From contig NZ_JBLXCX010000008.1 in NCBI RefSeq assembly GCF_048264555.1, positions 16,414 to 80,413 of the forward strand: a stretch of DNA of 64,000 nucleotides, read 5' to 3'. The position numbers and the translations under genes were made by a program. Each line of letters starts with the position of its first letter. The first letter of the stretch is position 1. Below the pieces are notes generated by a model that had not been told where the DNA came from, did not search any database, and saw only the letters and a list, made by a program, of their open reading frames with translations. Below, piece by piece: positions 59,001 through 64,000 of this stretch. This DNA comes from Kordiimonas sp. (lineage in GTDB: Bacteria > Pseudomonadota > Alphaproteobacteria > Sphingomonadales > Kordiimonadaceae).

Positions 59001-59027
59001 CGATAAAAGTCGGGTAAGTTTTTTCAT
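56019..59027 (-). CDS. Large secreted hypothetical protein (1002 aa, coiled-coil rich)
   Basis: Sec signal peptide ending VAA; long uninterrupted ORF with RBS; no family recognised. Confidence 0.8.
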   Translation of the reverse strand: MKKLTRLLSLFALTLWAAALPLSVAAQQAEPSTTITSEVFASLPPEVQERLWDRYKEYREAASKNEELKQVRDQRKADLRADKSLPDHVRAEQLYRAEVSYIFESRKLVEKQRRPLVEEIVKAAADPLNKDGISSSDGTDANSRENSGWASDHDYSATSQEADRVAEIARTLGFETADKNGGSTVDIEALNMTLNRDMELEKAPPGSQLYKDKLRAMATNKETFTSQSMADGQPGKNAVFGQDQLNKAAEMRALENPTLAGVEGANADAWQRYVKSNRKLLDKWKGKLPPDMDDPAHPVRQALDRHEETKDMSGAEYEAMMRRMKRRHDPSSLGINSDEKLKALINVQNEVTDTIVRQMDTEAVQERAAMIVEAEKAKADSRALASEIDAIRAAGDGDELSVDREARIQELSARREALEADAAEKTRQVQDSFMRHQATIDANAALGVAVSDSAVLANEQVPGKEGLDPDFMKPSAANDNVAVGPASMSSDHDFSGTDGGTTARTRLNRGADKVFGTGMKGMDYWDKLQKAREVTDKIGKELYDGNYAKAWENTKDMVGEELYNHAKDKVMEKLIPGYGQLSGAFDMGWMTGELLGKLPVSKDGRTINDMVEAQMRTTFFAGQDAASGAQERDAAIRRVLIDNVQQGKVQLPEGAKFGDVYAQVRSNMDAGRAPFQDIAFRPGGALLAEAEKAVDEPDEREKPVPADDPWAYDADAGGTDAPIRVVQNDRSPEEEYAIRQRLKQMAEYEKAQNEGMMQQQFAEAAQARAEEERRKEQERAQFQASMQALAGGIASTMQSMQAYDARVDAQIAANNQKFDNLVSDMNQRYKNRPTAAQLMNQSGIGAYGISNQQLAQQAEQQRSRGSGNVVNWVDSLDEGNAKRQQYNQYGQSRQQTGSSGFDRSYDIDQERLDKAASRVTLNDKQIDIFAQMCNDLRAQGAQVQAAECLAMGKQGVAVASNLHQANNLDDFVRRYCSWAANDEQRKDCEPKARAEFQRRMGK

Positions 59028-59105
59028 CTGTCTCTGCTCCTTCCCCTTATCGGGCCCATTGTCGGGTCAGCTATGCACACTCGACCTTCAACGCCGAGTG
59101 GGGCC

Positions 59106-59900
59106 TTAAGGGAGTGCATCTTCATCATCAACGGGACCAGCTTCTTGCCAGTGCGCCATCAGCTTGCGCACCGTGGTTTTCAGCTCATCATCCGCATCCG
59201 GGTGCAGCATCACACCCGCAAGACTGGCGATCGATGCATCATGGTCACCAATGCTGCGCTCCAACATCGCTTTCGCAACCGAAACTGCAGGAAGGTTTGG
59301 CGACAGGCTTTTTATCCGGGTAAAAAATTGAATGCCGCGATGGGGCAGCCCGGCACCGATATAGCTGTAGACCATACGGTCGAGCACCGTATCGACTGCA
59401 AAGGACATGTTGACGAGGAATAGAAGCTCTTCATTCTCGACCGCTTTTTCCCATTGCCCGTCATCAATAAAAAGATCAATCAGCGACAGGCGTGCGGCAA
59501 TGTCTGTCGGCTCAAGTGCTAACAGACGCGTATATGATGCGATAGCCTCATCCTGAAACTCAGGCGTGTCCCGCATATCATAGGCCATGGCAGCGGAAAG
59601 CCGCCACACCTCAGGACTATCCGGCGCTATCTCGCGCGCACTAGCGAGATACCCAAGTGACTGCCGCAGGGCATCTGCGTCGCCCGCGTCCCGATATTGG
59701 TTATAGAACTGGAGCGCATATTTATGCTTCACCATCGCAAGCGCGATCCGGTTGAGATCGGACCCGTCCGCCGCGAAAGCTGCCGCAGCTGCTCTTTCAT
59801 CCGGGAAACCATTACCCGACTGCGCATAAGATGGCTGCGCGCCAAGAAGCAGTATGCCCAGAAGCGCGCCACCAAGACTTCGTTTCAATTTTTCAATCAT
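59106..59900 (-). CDS. Secreted TPR-like protein
   Basis: GGAGG RBS before ATG 59900; signal peptide ending SYA; helical repeats (LASAREIAPDSPEVW, AIASYTRLLALEPTD). Confidence 0.75.
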   Translation of the reverse strand: MIEKLKRSLGGALLGILLLGAQPSYAQSGNGFPDERAAAAAFAADGSDLNRIALAMVKHKYALQFYNQYRDAGDADALRQSLGYLASAREIAPDSPEVWRLSAAMAYDMRDTPEFQDEAIASYTRLLALEPTDIAARLSLIDLFIDDGQWEKAVENEELLFLVNMSFAVDTVLDRMVYSYIGAGLPHRGIQFFTRIKSLSPNLPAVSVAKAMLERSIGDHDASIASLAGVMLHPDADDELKTTVRKLMAHWQEAGPVDDEDALP

Positions 59901-59940
59901 CCCCATGGCCTCCCCCATGTCGGCATCCGGGTTCAGTGGT

Positions 59941-60525
59941 CTATTTGCTCCTGAACGGAATGCGGTACTCCAGAAACGCGAAACGCTTGAGATTCTGTAG
60001 ACGCACAAAAAGCTCCGCCTTCTTGTCCAGCTTACCTTCCCGCACAAACACAACGCCCTGTACTGTCGCGCCGGGCTCAACAATGATGTTCTGGAGTGAC
60101 TTGGTGGCGAGCGCGGACCGCAGAATTGCCATACGCATATGGTCCTTGTTGCCACCCCCACCGGGGTCAATATCTCTTACCACCTCGTTGAGATCATCTT
60201 TTGCGAGCGGCTTTTTTTCGCCAGCATTAAAGACTTCAAAATCACTCAGATGCAGGCGGAATGGACTGTTGTTGGTGATTGCTACATCGAGTGTGGCATA
60301 GTCACCAATCTTGTCACCGAACAAACGGCGTTGTTCCTTTTTACCGAAAACCTCAACGCCCACCTCAATGCCTCGTTGATCTTCCTTGAAGGTGTATGAG
60401 AAAGCCTCCCGAAACCGGAGCTGTTGCGTCTCTGCGCTGAGGAAAGGATCATCGTCAGCGTGAAGTGTACCACAGAGCACAGCGGTTGAGAGGGCTGCGC
60501 CAATGATATGTCTTGCTGCAGTCAT
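59941..60525 (-). CDS. Secreted hypothetical protein, possibly Ig-like beta sandwich
   Basis: Signal peptide ending LHA; LDVAITNNS and VEPGATVQGVVF; ATGA-coupled to the upstream gene. Confidence 0.75.
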   Translation of the reverse strand: MTAARHIIGAALSTAVLCGTLHADDDPFLSAETQQLRFREAFSYTFKEDQRGIEVGVEVFGKKEQRRLFGDKIGDYATLDVAITNNSPFRLHLSDFEVFNAGEKKPLAKDDLNEVVRDIDPGGGGNKDHMRMAILRSALATKSLQNIIVEPGATVQGVVFVREGKLDKKAELFVRLQNLKRFAFLEYRIPFRSK

Positions 60526-61238
60526 CGTGCTATCTCCAGTCCTGTCGCCATGATGAGCTGTTTCATGTCGGTAAAGCCTGCCTTAAGTGCTTCAATAGCA
60601 TTGCCGGTATATTCATAGGGTGCTACCTCGCCAGAGCTATTGAGGCTACCGTGTTCGCGTCGGATTTGTTCCGCCCACAAAATGATGCCTGAACGAGGCT
60701 CGATTAGCTGACCGACGAAGCTGAAATGTACGTTCAGTTGGAAGTCTGGGCTCTTCTTGTCGTTCATCATTTTCTTGCGCAGCAGGTTAAAATGCACCAG
60801 ATCAGCCGTCATCAGGAGGTCAACTCCATTGTCTGCCGCGATCTTCGCTAGCGCTTCGGGTGAACTGATGTCACCTGACGGCACAGAAAGGCGCCGCACA
60901 TTGCGGAACAGGTTGCTGGCTTTCAGTTCATAGTAGAGTGTGTCGCCAATTGCGTCGGGCAGGGTTTCGATGAAAAAGGCGTCACTGCCACCATAGAATT
61001 TCATCACGCGTTTGTCGGTCATCGGCAACACGCCGAGGGTGACATTGTACTTGGGTTGATTGTAGGCTGCCTCGGGACGATAGGAAATGCTGAGGCGGTT
61101 TTTCTCCTTCGGAGGCTTGATCTTTTCTACATCATCGGCAAAAGCCGTATTTGAAAAGCGACCACCATCCATGGACCAGGCGCCAAGCGCGCACATAGTA
61201 ACACCAACGGCGATTGCCGTTCGTAACAAAAGTCTCAT
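60522..61238 (-). CDS. Secreted protein, CsgG/TolB-N/LpoB-like alpha/beta fold (tentative)
   Basis: Signal peptide; LGVLPMTD...ELKASNLF...GVDLLMTADL...GQLIEPRSGIILW pattern. Confidence 0.6.
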   Translation of the reverse strand: MRLLLRTAIAVGVTMCALGAWSMDGGRFSNTAFADDVEKIKPPKEKNRLSISYRPEAAYNQPKYNVTLGVLPMTDKRVMKFYGGSDAFFIETLPDAIGDTLYYELKASNLFRNVRRLSVPSGDISSPEALAKIAADNGVDLLMTADLVHFNLLRKKMMNDKKSPDFQLNVHFSFVGQLIEPRSGIILWAEQIRREHGSLNSSGEVAPYEYTGNAIEALKAGFTDMKQLIMATGLEIAR

Positions 61239-61651
61239 GCGTACATCCCCCATACTTGATGCGACTTATATCGGAAAGTATGAAGGCTACCGCAGTAAAC
61301 TGCAAGGTTTCTAGCTACGGAAGATGGTTTATTTCTCGGGGGATTTGATCCAGTTAATAGGTCTATCTCCCGTTATGTGGTGACCGGCATCAGCCCTAAC
61401 GCGCGGAAATGAACTCAGCCCTACGACCAAGTGCATATGGGCTAATTACGAAGCCCACTTTGGATAGAAAGCGACCCGATAAAAGGGACCCCGTACCGAA
61501 AGGCGGCACCGTTGGTATATGAATACTGCCTCTTGATCACATTTGTTTCGTTTCTTGCGCCGGTGCTGCTTATGCTCTGATAACCGGACTGAGTCATGAG
61601 CCGGGCTTTGAAATCGTGAAATAAGCGGTCACGTATAAGCGCTCATCGTAA

Positions 61652-63046
61652 TCAAGTTTTCAGAGGTTCAGGCTGCACGGATGTCAAGTTCACCTGAACC
61701 GAAAAGCCATGTGCCGTGTTGGCAAAGGCCAAATCGCCACCATGGGCCTTTACCACAACATCCACGAGACTAAGGCCAAGGCCCAGCCCGGGCACTTCCG
61801 GGTGCCCGACGCGGTAGAACCTCTCAAGAACCTTAGCGCGCTGATCAGCTGGAATACCGGCTCCTTCATTCTCGACTGTAAAACAGGCATGATCGCCTTC
61901 CAGCCGCAGTTGAACCATAATTACAGATTGGGGCGGCGCGAATTTAACCGCGTTATCCAGAAGGTTGGACATCATCTGGAACAGCAGATTGGGGTCGCCT
62001 CTTGTAAAAGCATCCCCTGCATTCTGACAATTGATGGTCAGCGCTTTTGCCTCTGCCTCTGGCGCGTAAAGTTCAACCACATCGGCCACAAGGCGGCCAA
62101 GATCAACATTTTCCCTGTTGATGTTATGGCGGCCGGTTTCAATGCGGGCGATGCGGAGAAGCGCTTCAAATACCGCTTTCAGCCTTTCCGACTCCGTTAT
62201 GGCGCGAGCGGCATGCTCTGGCGTCAGTTCACCACTGTCCGCCTTCGCTGCCAGATCCTCAAGTTCAGCATGAAGGCGAGTGAGCGGCAGGCGCAACTCA
62301 TGGGCAACACTATCGGAAACCCGGCTAATTGCCTCAACCGACCTTTCGATACGGTCAAGCATCTCATTAAGGGTTACAGAGAGTTTATCAAAATCATCGG
62401 CTGATCCTGTCGTGGGCACACGCCTCGACAGGTCACCCTTTATAACCTGCTGCGCAGCGGTATTAATGGCATCAATTCGCCTGCCAACGGCAAGGCTCAT
62501 GAAAATGCCACCTGCACTTCCCAGCAGGACAGAGATAACCGCGGCAGCCACCAACACCTCAATAAGCCGCTCTTCCCTGTCTCCTATATCCTCAATATCC
62601 CGCCCCACGATCAGGCGCGAACTATCTGCAAATACCTGTTCGAGCGAGAGGGCCTGATAGTCCACTTCATCACCCTCAACGTAGCGGTCGGCCTCTATTT
62701 CAAAGAAACTGAAATGAGGTTGGCTGGGCCAACTTGGCAGGTTGCTGCTGACCACTTCACCATCTGGCGCGATAAAGACATGAAATGCTTTCCGGGGGGC
62801 TGGGTCCTGCGCCCGCACCTCCAGCGCCCGCACAAGTGCCTCCTGGCCTTCCAGTTTATAGATATCTGAGAGCTGGTCACGTTCGGCCCTTACTGTTACC
62901 GCAGTTTCTTCCCGCGGCTCAGCCACCAGCGCCCAATAGGTTATGCCGGTCAAAACACTGACCGACACCATAAACATGACGACATAAAGCATAACCAGCC
63001 GGAATGCGAAACTATAACGCAGATAGGTCAGGAAAGCGGGTTGCAC
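61652..63046 (-). CDS. HAMP-domain sensor histidine kinase
   Basis: VAHELRLPL H-box, NLLDNAVKF, GAGIP and GLGLGLSLV motifs. Confidence 0.95.
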   Translation of the reverse strand: MQPAFLTYLRYSFAFRLVMLYVVMFMVSVSVLTGITYWALVAEPREETAVTVRAERDQLSDIYKLEGQEALVRALEVRAQDPAPRKAFHVFIAPDGEVVSSNLPSWPSQPHFSFFEIEADRYVEGDEVDYQALSLEQVFADSSRLIVGRDIEDIGDREERLIEVLVAAAVISVLLGSAGGIFMSLAVGRRIDAINTAAQQVIKGDLSRRVPTTGSADDFDKLSVTLNEMLDRIERSVEAISRVSDSVAHELRLPLTRLHAELEDLAAKADSGELTPEHAARAITESERLKAVFEALLRIARIETGRHNINRENVDLGRLVADVVELYAPEAEAKALTINCQNAGDAFTRGDPNLLFQMMSNLLDNAVKFAPPQSVIMVQLRLEGDHACFTVENEGAGIPADQRAKVLERFYRVGHPEVPGLGLGLSLVDVVVKAHGGDLAFANTAHGFSVQVNLTSVQPEPLKT

Positions 63047-63056
63047 GGGTCACTCC

Positions 63057-63734
63057 TCAAGCCGACGGCCTAATCATATAGCCGGTTCCCCGAACTGTGT
63101 GGATAAGTTGGGCGTTAAAACCCTTATCCACCTTCTGTCGCAATCGGCTGACATGCTGGTCAATAATATTGGTCTGAGGATCAAAATGATATTCCCATAC
63201 TTTTTCAAGAAGCATGGAGCGGGTTACCACCCTGCCGAGGTTGCGCATGAGATACTCAAGAATACGAAACTCTCGCGCTGTCAGCTCAATACGCTGGCCA
63301 GCACGGCTGACCTCATGGGCCAGCAGGTCAAGCTCCAGATCCATAACGGAGAGTATGGTTTTCTCCGGTTTGGTTGGCCCTCTGCGCGCAAGAACTTCGA
63401 CGCGCGCCAGCAATTCCGAAAAAGAAAAGGGTTTGGCAAGATAGTCATCTGCTCCCGCCCTCAAGCCTTTCACCTTTTCATCCACTTCGCCAAGGGCACT
63501 GAGAAGTAGAACCGGTGTATGATCTTCAGCTGCGCGCATGGTCTGTAAAATGGTCAGGCCATCTACTGTCGGCAGCATCCGGTCAAGGATGATCACATCA
63601 AAACTTTCTGCCGCCGATATATAGAGTGCCTGTTTTCCGTCGTTCACACACTCAACAGTATGGCCTGCCTGACGCAGGCCACCCGCTACATGCTCCGACA
63701 CACGTTTATCGTCTTCCACCAGCAATATCTGCAC
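63057..63734 (-). CDS. OmpR-family response regulator
   Basis: ILLVEDD, LDRMLP, GADDYLAKPF and IHTVRGTGY motifs; GTG 63734 preferred. Confidence 0.95.
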   Translation of the reverse strand: MQILLVEDDKRVSEHVAGGLRQAGHTVECVNDGKQALYISAAESFDVIILDRMLPTVDGLTILQTMRAAEDHTPVLLLSALGEVDEKVKGLRAGADDYLAKPFSFSELLARVEVLARRGPTKPEKTILSVMDLELDLLAHEVSRAGQRIELTAREFRILEYLMRNLGRVVTRSMLLEKVWEYHFDPQTNIIDQHVSRLRQKVDKGFNAQLIHTVRGTGYMIRPSA

Positions 63735-63761
63735 AGGAAATCCCGCTCTCACTATTGTGGG

Positions 63762-63998
63762 TTATCTGGCTGCGCGAGCCCCGGTGACTGCATCAACCAA
63801 AAGTTCCGTTGGTCCGGCCTGGGTCATGATCTCAACCTCATACTGAGGCTGATCATCGGCAATGTCAAAACGCATATACTGGACGTCGCCGCCGGTTTCC
63901 TGCTGAAGTCGGCGCATGTGCGGTAACACTGATGGCACGTTGCGAGCCACCTTCAACCGCTTGCCCGCCGCCACATCGATCCACAGGTTGGAAAGGAA
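63762..63998 (-). CDS. PepSY-domain protein, 5'-truncated by the window edge
   Basis: YEVEI...ELLVDAVTG motif; frame is open to the window end; usual PepSY-RR-HK arrangement. Confidence 0.7.
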   Translation of the reverse strand, partial: FLSNLWIDVAAGKRLKVARNVPSVLPHMRRLQQETGGDVQYMRFDIADDQPQYEVEIMTQAGPTELLVDAVTGARAAR

Positions 63999-64000
63999 GG

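Larger units (their letters stand above)
19544..64000. mobile_element. Putative genomic island integrated in gapR; right end not seen (extent to window edge assumed)
   Basis: Disrupted gapR, att-like palindrome cluster, recoded replacement gapR, helicase pseudogene remnant and clustered accessory respiration cargo. No integrase in the window. Confidence 0.6.

Noticed and set aside
61255-61520. c-di-GMP riboswitch-like fragments and a TTGAT half-site in the long spacer
   Set aside because: Conserved core elements are not in the right order, and TTGAT-CCAG-TTAAT is too degenerate for an FNR box.
19544-64000. Integrase gene or right attachment site inside the window
   Set aside because: No recombinase motifs in any ORF and no orphan gapR 3' half seen by eye, so the island's right boundary is unproven.
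1-64000. CRISPR arrays, tRNA/rRNA genes, IS elements
   Set aside because: No regularly spaced repeats, cloverleaf signatures or transposase ORFs were seen.

Overview
Bacterial genomic window, most likely an alphaproteobacterium (type-B L36, DUF2312/GapR, DUF2336 and napEFDABC order; this is inference). Bases 1-19.5 kb are ordinary chromosome: two MacB/FtsX-type permeases, two DUF2336 genes, DedA, arsC-aquaglyceroporin, apt, an M14 peptidase, rpmJ, a HAD hydrolase, pyk, N-formylglutamate amidohydrolase, DUF1244, GntR and a TonB-dependent receptor. At 19543/19544 a gapR (DUF2312) gene breaks off after codon 46. About 120 bp of palindromes and repeats follow, then a full-length second gapR that is 45/46 identical in protein but differs at 26/138 nt over the shared part. 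I read this as the left junction of an integrated island that supplies a replacement for the gene it disrupts; no integrase or right junction is visible in the window. The putative island carries an anaerobic nitrate-respiration kit: nsrR-ybaN / ytfE-qNor with two NsrR boxes; moaA-mobA-moeA plus a PLP decarboxylase behind an FNR box and a Moco riboswitch; a NIT-domain/Crp-Fnr fusion regulator; narK1-narK2-narGHJI with a parvulin-less chaperone and a beta-carbonic anhydrase; a porin and nnrS; an FNR-boxed HpnA-like SDR / HpnR-like B12 radical SAM / MBL hydrolase operon; ubiTUV; and napEFDABC. After these come a four-gene operon of unknown secreted proteins and a PepSY / response regulator / kinase module. 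No rRNA, tRNA or CRISPR array was recognised. All product calls come from motif recognition by eye, not database searches.
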